From Octopus sinensis (lineage: Eukaryota): 64,000 nucleotides of DNA. Location of the stretch: the NCBI RefSeq assembly GCF_006345805.1, contig NC_043006.1, positions 68,758,001-68,822,000 of the forward strand. Direction: 5' to 3'. Within the stretch, counting starts at the first letter, position 1. Each line of letters opens with the position of its first letter. Both the position numbers and the translations under genes were made by a program. The notes under the pieces were generated by a model, which had not been told where the DNA came from, searched no databases, and saw nothing but the letters and a program-made list of their open reading frames with translations. Shown here one piece after another: positions 51,640-64,000 of the stretch.

Positions 51640-53347
51640 GCATGTGTGTGCGCATGTATGCAAAGCAAATGAGTCTGCATGGGAAAATACATAGATGTAT
51701 ATAAATAACTGCAAATATATATTCATAAGTACCAGTCTTATGTATACACTCCTATTATTTTCCATTTATTTATAGAATCCCTTACACACTCACACAAGCA
51801 CCCCACCATACACACACACAGACACACGCACACACACACACAGTCACACACACACGAATTCACTAACTCGTCGAACAAGTAAAGAGATTACCATTCTCTT
51901 TTTGTTGGAATCTTCAATAGTATCTACCATAAACGATCCAATATCTGTGGTACATACGCTCGCATTTCGAATGGTGAACTATTTGATTAGCTAAGTTATA
52001 AATTACAGAGAATCTATCATTCAGAGACGCTATCTGCATTATAACAATAGTTAAGTTACTGTTAACTTATTTAATGTAATGAGCAATAGAAGACTAATTA
52101 GAAGCGTTTATGTGGCGAGGAGCAACTAATCTCAGGCAATGACTTATTGTATTTCAGTTACTCTACCAAGTACAGAAGACGATTCAGACAGGCCCCGCTG
52201 TTCAACGGGAAATGGTTTTCTCGCAATTGCTGGAGCATATGACGAGTCACTACATCACTGTACAATATGGAGCACCAATCAAGTGTGAGTTTGAAAATTC
52301 CGTGCACATTTAGTGAATTTTTACAAAATTTGAGCATATTGAAGTATACGCGGGAAAGCTGAGGCCATCAAATAGCTCAGTTCTGATTGCTTTCGTTAAG
52401 AGATAGTTCAGGTTTATGAAAATTATTTCAATGGTCTTTTCTTTGTTTATCATCTTCATATTCTGTACTAGTGCATTGCTGTAGACAAAAGGTTGCCTAT
52501 TCAGTTGGAGTCAGAGCTAATTTTGTATCTATAAACAGAGAGTGGAACTAGCTCTTAGCCACTATTACTTTCAGGACTACTTTGACTTGGAGTAGTAACA
52601 CTTGATAGGGTCCCAGCTGTGGGTTAATTGGAATATTGGTTACCTATGCGTGTGAAGACTGGATCTGACGGACTCCGAGGGAAAAAAAACAAACTTCTAT
52701 GGTTCAACGGAGAGGTTGGCGGCTGCAGCAACGCGTTGCGGAGTGAAGAAAGCAAGATGAGGCAAAAGTAAGACATCTTGGTCATTCAGTGCTTTCGTCT
52801 CCGTCCCCAGCCGTCTTGACATGATCTTGCCTCTGGATTGAAAATGGCCGCGAACGAGAGAGTGAGCTTAACCGTGCGCAGATTTTGTTCTCTATAAAAA
52901 AAGTCACCGCGCACGTCATTAGTCATTCTTCAGGATGACAAGATGGTCATCGTCGCTCCGATGTATGAACATCATATAATGTGGATAAAATATATCCTCT
53001 TTGTTCAAGGTTTCAGATAGGATATATTTAGATTCTGGTTAGTTTCGCTCGGATAGGCCGTGCTTAGACCTTTAAACCAACCAGAAACACACGTGAAATA
53101 TTCACTCACTTAGCATTTAATATTTTCAAAGGCCTAAATTTAGCTAAATCAGGTAGTAGCAGTGAATGTTCTCATTCCCAATGAATTTAAATGCGTTTTG
53201 TTGTTGGAGAAAGAAGACAAAAATCCGGGGATAAATGTCAGTAACTCAAAGAAAAGGGTCTGGGGATAATAGAAGTTAAATATTGATTACACAAGAAATA
53301 GTTTGCTTAGAGGAACATTTCAACTTTATTGGTAGGAATAATAATAA

Positions 53348-53390
53348 CTTAAAGCATGTTTCGATGTTATTAGACATCATCAGCAACAAA
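53348..53390 (-). ncRNA. Decayed minimal hammerhead
   Basis: CTGATGA-tgtctaataacatc-GAAA-CATG-CT; stem I poor, U16.1 lost. Confidence 0.3.
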
Positions 53391-53572
53391 TAGTTATCTG
53401 AAACCTACCACACCGGTCTACAAAAGCTTTTACATTGAGGAAACTATAATTACGGACGTTAGGACATTATTGGCCGTACGTATGTAAGTATGTATGTATG
53501 TATGTATTTATACATACGCACACATATACACACACAAACACACGCGCACACACACACACATACATACACACA

Positions 53573-53631
<59 letters not shown>

Positions 53632-53797
53632 ATATATATATATCAGCAATAATTTGGACTTTGTTTATTAGTATGCCGATTAAAGCACATTCACCGTTTG
53701 GGCTACCTGATGTCATTCACAGTTAAGGTATAATTTTCTCTGGAACTACGTCAGGAATTCTCTCATCACTTACACACACACACGCACACGCACACAC

Positions 53798-53832
<35 letters not shown>

Positions 53833-54459
53833 CATACAAATGTTGTTGACATCATAAGAATTTATAAACTTTCGACAGAATATGAAATAATTGATTTTCT
53901 CGAACAGTGGATCTCGAAGCACATGGTGCTATAAATAATAGCATGTAAATATTGGGTTGAAAAACTCTTTTGAATAGTAAAAATTGAAGGCTTCCTGTGA
54001 GACACGAGCCCACGTTTCCTGTTAATGCAGTGTTGGGGGATATGAGTGTATTATTGATATCCACCTGCCAAAGGTTCTCAACCAGGGTGCATATGGCCCT
54101 TGAAGGTCCACTTAATTTTTTTTGTTAAAATTTGTGTGCAATAAATTGCTTATGCTTACAAAGTATTTAAAATTTTTCTTAAAATTTTTACCATCCGTAA
54201 TATTTAGCAATAAAAATGCTATGTGCGTGTGTATATATATATATACATATACATATATATATATATATATAATATATATATATATATTATATTATATATA
54301 TATAATATATATATATATATAATATATATATATATATAAAGTAGGTACTGTAAATTTAGGGTGAATTCTTGATAAGTGTAAGCACCTGTATATGCCAGAT
54401 AGTGGCAGAGGTGAGAGAGAATATATCAAATAAATTTAATAACAAAACACAAAGGATAT

Positions 54460-54552
54460 CGCGGTACACGTATTTCAAACTTTATAAACAATCCGTTATT
54501 ACATCAGTGTATTATTGATATAATAGATGGTTTAAAGCTCTCTTCAACCGCA
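54460..54552 (-). ncRNA. Type I hammerhead, U3.G8 core (duplicate at 55937-56028)
   Basis: TGCGG-TTGAAGA-GAGCTTT...AAAGTTT-GAAA-TACGTG-TA-CCGCG, in a (TA)n-flanked insert 54338-54685. Confidence 0.75.
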
Positions 54553-54683
54553 AACATTTACATTTCAATATAAAAATATGGAAAGTACATGTAGTATTAG
54601 CCGTTATAATAGGTTTATCATATTTCCTTGAAAAAGTGTATTTGTAAAATTTCCTAACTGTATAAAAGTATAAAAAATTTATT

Positions 54684-54747
<64 letters not shown>

Positions 54748-54987
54748 AGAAAGTTGAAAAGGAACACACGAGTTGATATATATGGTAAAAAGTCAAGATA
54801 GAAAATGGCCTTAATCAGATGTCTGAATGTCTGAAACAAGAGAAAGATATAAAATATGTATGTACATACATACATACATACATATATATATATTTGTATA
54901 TGTATATATATATATATAATATATATATATAATATATGTATATACATATGTATATATATATGCATATATATATATATATATAATATA

Positions 54988-55020
<33 letters not shown>

Positions 55021-55192
55021 CATACATATATGACATATAATACATACAGCACACGTATATACTAACACACGCATTCCCACATATTCACAAATTATGGATA
55101 TGTGCAGATTCACATCCCAAAGTACATATACGCCTGAACACACATTCTTACACATTTTCATACATCCACATACATATATATGTATACATACG

Positions 55193-55226
<34 letters not shown>

Positions 55227-55231
55227 TAGAT

Positions 55232-55309
<78 letters not shown>

Positions 55310-55779
55310 TTAGATAGATAGATACATACATACATACACAACACACACACACCATACAAATGTTGTTGACATCATAAGAATTTATAAACTTTCGACAGAA
55401 TATGAAATATTGATTTTCTCGAACAGTGGATCTCGAAGCACATGGTGCTATAAATAAAGCATGTAAATATTGGGTTGAAAAACTCTTTTGAATAGTAAAA
55501 ATTGAAGGCTTCCTGTGAGACACGAGCCCACGTTTCCTGTTAATGCAGTGTTGGGGGATATGAGTGTATTATTGATATCCACCTGCCAAAGGTTCTCAAC
55601 CAGGGTGCATATGGCCCTTGAAGGTCCACTTAATTTTTTTTGTTAAAATTTGTGTGCAATAAATTGCTTATGCTTACAAAGTATTTAAAATTTTTCTTAA
55701 AATTTTTACCATCCGTAATATTTAGCAATAAAAATGCTATGTGCGTGTGTATATATATATATACATATACATATATATA

Positions 55780-55820
<41 letters not shown>

Positions 55821-55936
55821 AGGTACTGTAAATTTAGGGTGAATTCTTGATAAGTGTAAGCACCTGTATATGCCAGATAGTGGCAGAGGTGAGAGAGAAT
55901 ATATCAAATAATTTAATAACAAAACACAAAGGATAT

Positions 55937-56028
55937 CGCGGTACACGTATTTCAAACTTTATAAACATCCGTTATTACATCAGTGTATTATTGATATAAT
56001 AGATGGTTTAAAGCTCTCTTCAACCGCA
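55937..56028 (-). ncRNA. Type I hammerhead, duplicate copy
   Basis: Same motif as 54460-54552. Confidence 0.75.
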
Positions 56029-56176
56029 AACATTTACATTTCAATATAAAAATATGGAAAGTACATGTAGTATTAGCCGTTATAATAGGTTTATCATATT
56101 TCCTTGAAAAAGTGTATTTGTAAAATTTCCTAACTGTATAAAAGTATAAAAAATTTATTTGATATATATATAATAT

Positions 56177-56227
<51 letters not shown>

Positions 56228-56349
56228 AGAAAGTTGAAAAGGAACACACGAGTTGATATATATGGTAAAAAGTCAAGATAGAAAATGGCCTTAATCAGAT
56301 GTCTGAATGTCTGAAACAAGAGAAAGATATAAAATATGTATGTACATAC

Positions 56350-56404
<55 letters not shown>

Positions 56405-56427
56405 GTATATACATATGTATATATATA

Positions 56428-56505
<78 letters not shown>

Positions 56506-56697
56506 CATATGACATATAATACATACAGCACACGTATATACTAACACACGCATTCCCACATATCACAAATTATGGATATGTGCAGATTCACATCCCAAAG
56601 TACATATACGCCTGAACACACATTCTTACACATTTTCATACATCCACATACATATATATGTATACATACGTATATATATATATATAGAGAGAGAGAG

Positions 56698-56767
<70 letters not shown>

Positions 56768-56779
56768 TTAGATAGATAG

Positions 56780-56810
<31 letters not shown>

Positions 56811-57369
56811 TACGTGCAACTAATGAAGCAGAGAGGGAGGCCTTTTGCTATGTTGTAATCAATATGTCCTGTACTTCATCCGATATCCTTAAAGTCCCCA
56901 CTTCCCCCAATCACCGCCAACATCGGCACCATATTCTAAGAATGGTTACAGTTGACTGCAAAGATTCGTCAGATTTTGAGATGATGCATCAGACAGCAAT
57001 CTCTTCAACCATGGTGGCCACAGCTTCCTCAAGAAAGGTCACTGTAATTCGAACTCTCTAACCTTTAAGATAGAAAGCTTACATGTCAACAATGGCGACT
57101 ACCACACACCGCTTAATCTCTAATTTGTCATTCATTTTTTTTCTTCTATTTTAACGATTTTGTTGTTGTTGCTGGATTTATACATTAGTTATTGTTGTTG
57201 TTATTGTAGTCGTTGTGGTTGTTATTGTTGTTTTTGTGATTGTTTTTGTTGTTGATATTGTTATGGTTGTCTTTATTGTATCAGTGGTTGATGTAACTTG
57301 ATGTTACAGTTGTTGTTTTGTAGTGTTTGTTGCCATTTTTGCTGATACTTTTTTTTTGTCTTATACCGC

Positions 57370-57840
57370 CACCCCACCACAACCAGCACCACCATCATCA
57401 CTGCAGCCGCCGCCACCGCCGCCGCCGCCGCCACCGCCGCCGCCGCCGCCACCGCCGCGCCGCCACCGCCGCCGCCGCCGCCGCCGCCATCAACAAAATC
57501 ACCACCGCAACTAAAATCCCGACCAATAATACTGTCACTGCCATTAACCATTATCATCATCATCATCGTTATCATCATCATTATCATCATCATCATCATC
57601 ATCATCATCATCGTTATCATCATCATCATCATCATCATCGTTATCATCATCATCATCAGCAGCAGCAGCAGCAACATCACCACCACCAACACCATCACCA
57701 TCACAACAAATCACATCAGCAGTAGCAGCAGCAGCAGCGGCACCAATAGCAGCAGCACCATTAGCAGCAGCATCGTCATCACTAACACTACTACCATCTT
57801 CACTAACAACATCAGCAACAACAAAACAACTACTACAAAA
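57370..57840. repeat. Compound trinucleotide tract (GCC/ATC/CAG/CAC)
   Basis: Direct reading. Confidence 0.95.
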
Positions 57841-58126
57841 AGAAGCCGTCGTATGTATGTGTGTGTGTGTGTGTTTGTGTTTGTGCCCCCAACATAGCTT
57901 GACAACCGATGCTGGTGTGTTTACGTCCCCGTAAATTAGCGGTTCGGCAAAAGAGTCCGATAGAATAAGTAATAGGCTTACAAATTCTTACCACACACAC
58001 ACCCTACATACACGCATACACACACACACACACACACATATATATATTCCAAAATGTAACTGCACTTGGATTGTTGGCGATTGTTTTCCTCCGTCTTCCG
58101 TTTCTCTTGGACTTTCCTCTGTCTCC

Positions 58127-58164
58127 TGTTTCTGAAGAACAGCTTTGCACGAAACGTAAAAACA
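58127..58164 (+). ncRNA. Minimal hammerhead with decayed stem II; element 58045-58268 is the same family as 44823-45020
   Basis: TGTTT-CTGAAGA-A-cagctttgcac-GAAA-CG-TA-AAAAC. Confidence 0.55.
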
Positions 58165-58583
58165 CCCATTCTTTCATTCCCAGAGTGTCTTTTAATAATT
58201 TGCATGTACCATGTCCTCGTGTTGTTGATTTTCTCGTGTTTTTTCGTTTTCTTTTGTTTTGGATTAATTATATATATATAATCCTTCAATCCCACTGCCC
58301 CTACCACTCTCTCCTTCCACGTGACCGGTGTCCAACCAGCCCTGATTGTTCTTTCTTAGCCCGACTGCCGACCGCCAACACTTCTTATGTCCATTTCCTA
58401 TGTTCCTGCCTTTAGGTTTTCCCTTCATACACGCCAGCTCAATCTGATTCGTTTTCAGTCGAATGGCACCTGTTGATATATTCTTGTTTGTATTTGTAAT
58501 TGTGTACCATGTTCTCCATTTTTTGTCTTTGTTGCTGTACACATTCGCTAGCTTTCTTACAAAACAGTCTAATGCTCTTAGCT

Positions 58584-58693
58584 TAGACTTTTTTGGGCGG
58601 GGGTGGGGGGGCGCAACCAGATCGAACTGTCTCAAGCATAACTGCCCGAAACAGTAAGAACTTCTGATATACTTGACTGAGGAAAGAAGGCTA
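58584..58693 (+). ncRNA. Strand-permuted hammerhead-like motif, family 1 (copy C) in (TA)n-flanked element 58281-58800
   Basis: GGGCG...ACTGT-C-TCAAGcATA-ac-TGCCC-GAA-ACAGT...TATaCTTGA-CTGAGGA. Confidence 0.72.
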
Positions 58694-58823
58694 CGAATGG
58701 CACGTCTTTTTTGCCTGTACTTCTAATTGTTGTTTCTCCTGTCCACCTTGTATTGTCTCTCTGTCCGGATGTTTATTGTCCTCTATTGCGTTTTTGTTGC
58801 ATTATATATATATATATACATAC

Positions 58824-58875
<52 letters not shown>

Positions 58876-58904
58876 ATGTGTGTGTGTATGTGTGTGTGTG
58901 TGTA

Positions 58905-58941
<37 letters not shown>

Positions 58942-58946
58942 ACGTG

Positions 58947-59835
58947 CAAGATCTGATCAATAAGTAAACGGACTGTTGCCATAGTAACAAAGCTAAAGCA
59001 CGCAAAGTGAAACCGATTGCCACAGATTAACCTTAGACTCTGCTGTGTATGCGACTAAGTCTTAGCGTTCTAATTTATTTCTGCTGTTTACAGCAGTGTT
59101 TGGAATTAACGTGTGTAGCGTGTTAATGTCGCATTGACTATGATAAAGATGTCTTGGCGATACCTGTTCAGAAGCCTACGCAAAGTTGCAGAAAGTGTAT
59201 GGAGAGGAGTGTATGAGCTGCATACAAGAGTACGAATGGTTCAGACGTTTCCAAGATGGCCGAAAAAATGTCGATATTGACGAACGTTCTGGGAGACCAG
59301 CAACCAGCAGAACTGAGAAAAAATATCACAGATGTGAGTGGAGCTGTGAATGGAAATCGTCGAATCGCCATCCGTGAGTTATAAGAGGACGTTCAGATTA
59401 GTCACGGTTCAGTTCAGTCCATTATCACTAAAGATTTGGGTATGGGATGCGTGTCTGCCAAGTTTGTGCCAAAAATGCCTTCAGCTGACCTAAAATACAC
59501 CCGGGTTTCAGTTGCACAAGATCTTTAATTGTGTCGAGAGCGATGAAAACTTTTTGAAAACTTTGCGTAGGCCTCTGAGCAGGTATCGCCAGCTTTCGGC
59601 AAACTTTGATACAGATTCTCTACTCAACTTTTTTCTGTCATGCTCAATGCGTCGATCACACACTACACACTTTCCTTCCAAGCATTGCTGTAAACAGCGG
59701 AAATGAGATAGACCGTTAACACGTAGTGCACATGCATAGGATAGTTCAAGGTCAATTGTGTCGAGCGACTTCACTCTACGTGCTTTAACTTTTCGTTACT
59801 ACGACAACAATCCGATACTTATTGATCAGACCACG
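58947..59835 (+). mobile_element. Internally deleted mariner-like element with ~70-bp TIRs
   Basis: TCTGATCAATAAGT... / ...ACTTATTGATCAGACCACG-TA; QKVYGEECMS..EWFRRFQDGR..IDERSGRP HTH remnant. Confidence 0.85.
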
Positions 59836-60634
59836 TAAATATATTATATATATGTATATATATATATATATAATATATATATATATAATATATATATAAT
59901 TATTTTATTAGCTGAATTACTCGAAACACTAAAGTCCCGTGTTTCAACACCAAACTCCGGATCATTTAATAAATAACTCTTGAAGAATTCTTAGCTAATC
60001 TGGTTCTTCTTTACGTTCTGAGTCTTCTTTCTACCGTTTGTAAACACATACATACATATGCACATCCATACACGCACACGTTTGTCAGCTTACTTATCTA
60101 TAAATGCGCACACACAAAGAGATAAATATAAAGATAGATAGAGAGGGAGAAAGAGAGAGGATAAGAGGAACGTGCACAGGCATGCGTATGCAAAGAAAGT
60201 TGAGCACTCACATGCGCATCACTCCCACGCAATCATATATTTGTTATGTTCCGCTGTTTGATATTTCTTCTATGTAATATCCCTCTCCTCTACCGCTTCT
60301 CATATCTAATTATACAATCCTCGTCCATATCCTGGTGCATTTTAATTATTATTAATTGCCAGAACAGATATGGGTCCCTACTCATACACGCACTCACACT
60401 CACAACTACATTCACTCTTATACATACATGTACACACACACACATACACATATACACACAAAGTGAGAAATATATATACATACAGTGGCGGACTGTCCAG
60501 GTTGCCAGCTTGCTCGCTGGCAAGTGGACCCCTGCGCCATTAGAATCCATATATGGGGGGAGGGGTCCATGTTAGTATCTAAGGGGCCCATCTCCTTAAG
60601 TTTGAGAAGTTTTTAGGAAGAGTCTGACGACTTC

Positions 60635-61085
60635 CTTTTCCAACAGGATGGAGTCTCAGGGTTAGACAGTATCTGAACACAACACTGCTAGACAGATTGA
60701 TTGGACGGTCTGGGCGAGATGATCGCGTTGCCATGCCCTGGCCTCCCAGGTCTTTAGATCTCACACCATGCGATTTATTTTTGTGGGGGTTTGTGAAAGG
60801 ACTGGTCTCCGTGCCTCCCCTTCCAAAAGACATGGATGAACTAAAGGCCCGAATAACGAAAGCTGTTGCAACCATCGACAACGCAATGCTGGAACTCGTT
60901 TGACAAGAATTGGACTATCGGCTTGATGTGTGTCGTGTGACCAACAGTGCTCATATTGAACATCTTTGAACATTCCATAAAAATCTTGAAATTGCACGCT
61001 TTCAGAATATATCAAATGCATTTTTATGTCCTTAATAGTTTTCGAGATATTCAATCAATGTCAAAATGTGCCCAGACTCCTGGAA
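60635..61085 (+). pseudogene. Tc1/mariner-superfamily transposase C-terminal fragment
   Basis: FQQDG, IGRSG, WPPRSLDLTPCDLFLWGFVK, DELKARI. Confidence 0.8.
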
Positions 61086-61092
61086 AAAACTC

Positions 61093-61179
<87 letters not shown>

Positions 61180-61300
61180 AGGGCATTATTACACATAAAT
61201 GCCACACGCTAGGAGGGACTTTCAAAGTCATTACTACCAAAAATAAACGAATCGTACCGAATGTAGCTCTCGAAGCCAGACATTTAAAAAACAGAATTTA

Positions 61301-61325
61301 GTTCCAGATCACCTGTGATTTCGCA
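61301..61325 (-). ncRNA. 3' half of a type I hammerhead, 5' part truncated at (TA)n
   Basis: TGC-GAAA-TCACagGTGA-TC-TGGAAC. Confidence 0.4.
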
Positions 61326-61689
61326 ATTAACGTATTATCTACGTCTTTTGTTCATATATATATATATATATGCTATTACTAAGACTTTATCTGTTATTTC
61401 CTAAAATCTTAGAAACCACCAACAACTAATGAATCTTTTAATCTATCTACATATGCACCACGTTTATATATATATATATATATATATAAACTTAGATAAA
61501 CTTAGATATGTTTCGACCAAAGATTGGTCCAGGCCATGTCTAACTTAATAGCACCACCTGATAGGATTATTCAAATCCTGTTTAAGTCAAGTTTTGTTTA
61601 AGTCAAGTTTTGTTCAGGTAGTGAGTTCTTGTTGGGTGAGTTGTATCCAGTTTTGTTCAAGTAGTGAGTTCTTGTTGGGTGAGTTGTAT

Positions 61690-62026
61690 CCAATTATGGG
61701 TGGCTTATCTGGTATTCTTTGAAGGAATCTATCCAGACTCTGTTTAAAGTTGATGGGATCCTTTTCCTCTTTGATCTCCCTCGGGACAATGTTAAATAGG
61801 GCAGGGCCTGTTGAGAAAATAAATTATGTTGCAGTGTACATGTATGTTTTGATCTTGAATTGGCAGGGGACGTATAGCCCGTGGTCCAAGTCTTGGATGA
61901 ACCTTGAAGCTAATGTTTAGGCCGTTTGGGCAAAGTTGGCGGTATATTTTCCACATCGTACAAATGATGTACCGCTCACGGCGACGCTGGAGGAGTAAAG
62001 TTTCAAGGCTTTAAGGCGATCCCAAT

Positions 62027-62030
<4 letters not shown>
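61690..62030 (-). pseudogene. CR1-like LINE 3' fragment
   Basis: [12 protein letters not shown](L)QRRRER..I, GPALFNIVP.EIK, FKQSLDRFL..IPDKP. Confidence 0.75.
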
Positions 62031-62081
<51 letters not shown>

Positions 62082-62085
<4 letters not shown>

Positions 62086-62610
62086 TAAATAAAAATATAT
62101 GCATACATACAAACATATATGTACGTACCTACATCTACATGTATATATACATGCATATATAAATAATTATACGGAGTACAGGACATCACAAAAAGACGTA
62201 GAAACGGAAAAAGCCAAAAAACAAAAAACAAGAAAACGGAAAACGAAGAACAAGAAAACGAAAAACAAATACAGACGAGCTACACAAGGACAAAACCCCC
62301 GTCATCAGCTGTCGCTAGAGGAATCAGGCATGTTTCGAAGGCATAACAGAACACTAATCCAATAGGCCTTCCTGCGAGAGAATTAAAATAAAATTTCAAG
62401 CAGCGGGCAAAGAGTACGAACACAAACAAGACGTAACAATAAGACTGCAAATAAAATACATGTACAAAACAAACACAAGAGGACGAACGAAAAAGCCTTT
62501 TTTCTGGCATAGACAAACGATAAAACTGCAAAAATAAATACATGTACAAAAAGTACAATTAGTTACAAAACGAGAAAATAACAAGAATACTATACAGGAA
62601 ATCAACCACA
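62082..62610 (-). mobile_element. Non-coding element in (TA)n carrying permuted HHR family 2
   Basis: Homologous to 31632-32052. Confidence 0.75.
62296..62380 (-). ncRNA. Strand-permuted hammerhead-like motif, family 2 (copy E)
   Basis: CTCTCG-cag-GAAGGC...GTGT-T-CTGTT-at-GCCTTC-GAA-ACAT...GACAG-CTGATGA-CGGGGG. Confidence 0.72.
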
Positions 62611-62611
62611 C

Positions 62612-62647
<36 letters not shown>

Positions 62648-63127
62648 ATCCATATTATCCATAAATCTTATATAATTCCCTTGTAAAACAAATGATAATT
62701 TTTTTCATCATAATAAAACTGTAAAGGAAAAATTTTAACCACACAAACGAAGGGAGATTACTAGTTATTACAATTATACTTTAGAAAAATGCGACGGATT
62801 ATAAAAACTACCTCACATTTACAAATTTTTTTTGCAAATAAGTGCACAAATAAGTGCACAATAACTTTTTTATATACCTAATACATCTTCTTTGAACAAT
62901 GGAAAGTATAACTTAGTACATTGAAATGCTAAATAATAAAAGTTATTATAACAATTCTCCGAAATACATTCTAAAATGATATCGTTGTATTACAGTATAA
63001 AATAACGTTTCTCCTTTTTTCTCTTATCTCTTAATTATTTTTGTATCTTAGACCCCACAAAAAATACTATATGTGTTTCTTCTCCCACTTTTCTCACATT
63101 TTGTCACATTTCGTAATTCCACCCAGT

Positions 63128-63430
63128 GGAGGCGCAATGGCCCAGTGGTTAGGGCAGCGGACTCACAGTCGGAGGATCGCGGTTTCGATTCCCAGACCGG
63201 GCGTTGTCTGTTTATTGAGCGAAAACACCTAAAGGCTCTACGAGGCTCTGGTAGCGGGTGGTTGTGATCCCTGCTGTACTCTTTCGCCACAACTTTCTCT
63301 CACTCTCTCTTCCTGTTTCTTGAGAAACGTTGCGATGGACTGGCGTCTCGTCCAGCTGGGAGGAACACATACACCATAGAAACCGGGAAACCGGGCCTAC
63401 GAGCCTGGCTAGACTTGAAAAGGGCGACGT
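63128..63430 (+). mobile_element. tRNA-derived SINE
   Basis: A-box TGGCCCAGTGG, B-box-like GTTTCGATTCC, no closing acceptor stem. Confidence 0.75.
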
Positions 63431-63764
63431 TTATCGTTATGGTAATTCCACCCACCTCATAAAATCTATTTTTCTCTCTATACCCTTACTTAATTTTTTT
63501 CGCATAAATATTTAAATTCCTCTCCGAAGTATGTAAATAATAACTTTCTCTGAATAATGGAATGTATACGTGAGTACATTGAAATGCTAAATAATTAATG
63601 GTTATTTTACAACATAATATAGAATTGTTTTTCTTTTTTCTTTTCCAAATCATTTATGTTTATTTTCCTCTTCAAAAATCTATTTCGTTTCTCACTTTGT
63701 CTTCAATACTCTTAACAGTTGATAACAGCCCATATTCTAATTAAACTACTACTTTATATACAGT

Positions 63765-64000
63765 CCTATATTTAAGAGATGAGGAATTCTGTACATTATT
63801 TACATTATTTACATTCGACGGGCATATGGCGTAGTGCTTAAGAGCGCGGGCTACTAACCCCAAGATTCCAAGATCGATTTCAAGCAATGACCTGAACAAC
63901 AACAACAACAATAATAATAATAATATAATAATAATAATAATAATAACATCGGAAAAAACAACAACCTTAGGAATGAGAATCCAGGTTCGAAATTTCCGCG
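63765..64000 (+). mobile_element. tRNA-headed element of the 38465-38745 HHR family (cut by the window end)
   Basis: TATATTTAAGAGATGAGGAATT inverted tail, tRNA-like head TGGCGTAGTG...GATCGATTTC, (AAT)n, then TTAGGAA...CCAG...CGAAATTTCC. Confidence 0.7.

Larger units (their letters stand above)
53833..56812. repeat. Near-identical ~1.52-kb tandem duplication with (CA)n junctions
   Basis: CATACAAATGTTGTTGACATC starts at 53833 and 55353; differences mostly in microsatellite length. Confidence 0.92.

Noticed and set aside
57273-57905. Poly-His/Pro/Ala/Met ORFs
   Set aside because: Trinucleotide microsatellites open in several frames on both strands; no domain or splice support.
59900-60010. GAAACAC...GTGTTTC plus TTGAAGA as a hammerhead
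   Set aside because: Could not assign consistent stems I and II in any topology.
61501-61545. Hammerhead on the minus strand (GACCAA/TTGGTC-GAAA-CATA-TC)
   Set aside because: No CUGANGA-like core; explained as a simple hairpin TTAGATATG/CATGTCTAA.
63128-63205. tRNA gene
   Set aside because: A/B boxes present but no acceptor stem; continues into a SINE body.

Overview
AT-rich, microsatellite-saturated animal genomic DNA. The SINE families look like those of octopus (recognition from memory, not verified). I can support no host protein-coding gene; nearly all ORF-track entries are microsatellite translations. Recognisable content: a near-intact Penelope-like retroelement (PLE; RT + GIY-YIG) with a 1.56-kb inverted partial copy (18931-23497), a second decayed PLE, two mariner copies, other Tc1/mariner relics, MITEs, RTE/CR1/RLE-type LINE fragments and many tRNA-derived SINEs. 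The main signal is RNA-level. About 29 hammerhead ribozyme (HHR)-like motifs, counting partial and decayed ones, were folded by eye. Most sit in short non-coding elements inserted in (TA)n tracts, several as partial tandem repeats (retrozyme-like units of ~319, 478, 600 and 742 nt). Seven complete copies and one partial copy, in at least two families, contain the hammerhead core and covarying stems I-III, but with the strands in an order (P2 / P3-NUH-P1 / P2'-GAAA-P3' / P1'-CUGANGA) that is not a circular permutation of types I, II or III. This is a candidate new pseudoknotted or trans-docking hammerhead architecture. All folds are manual and no activity has been tested.
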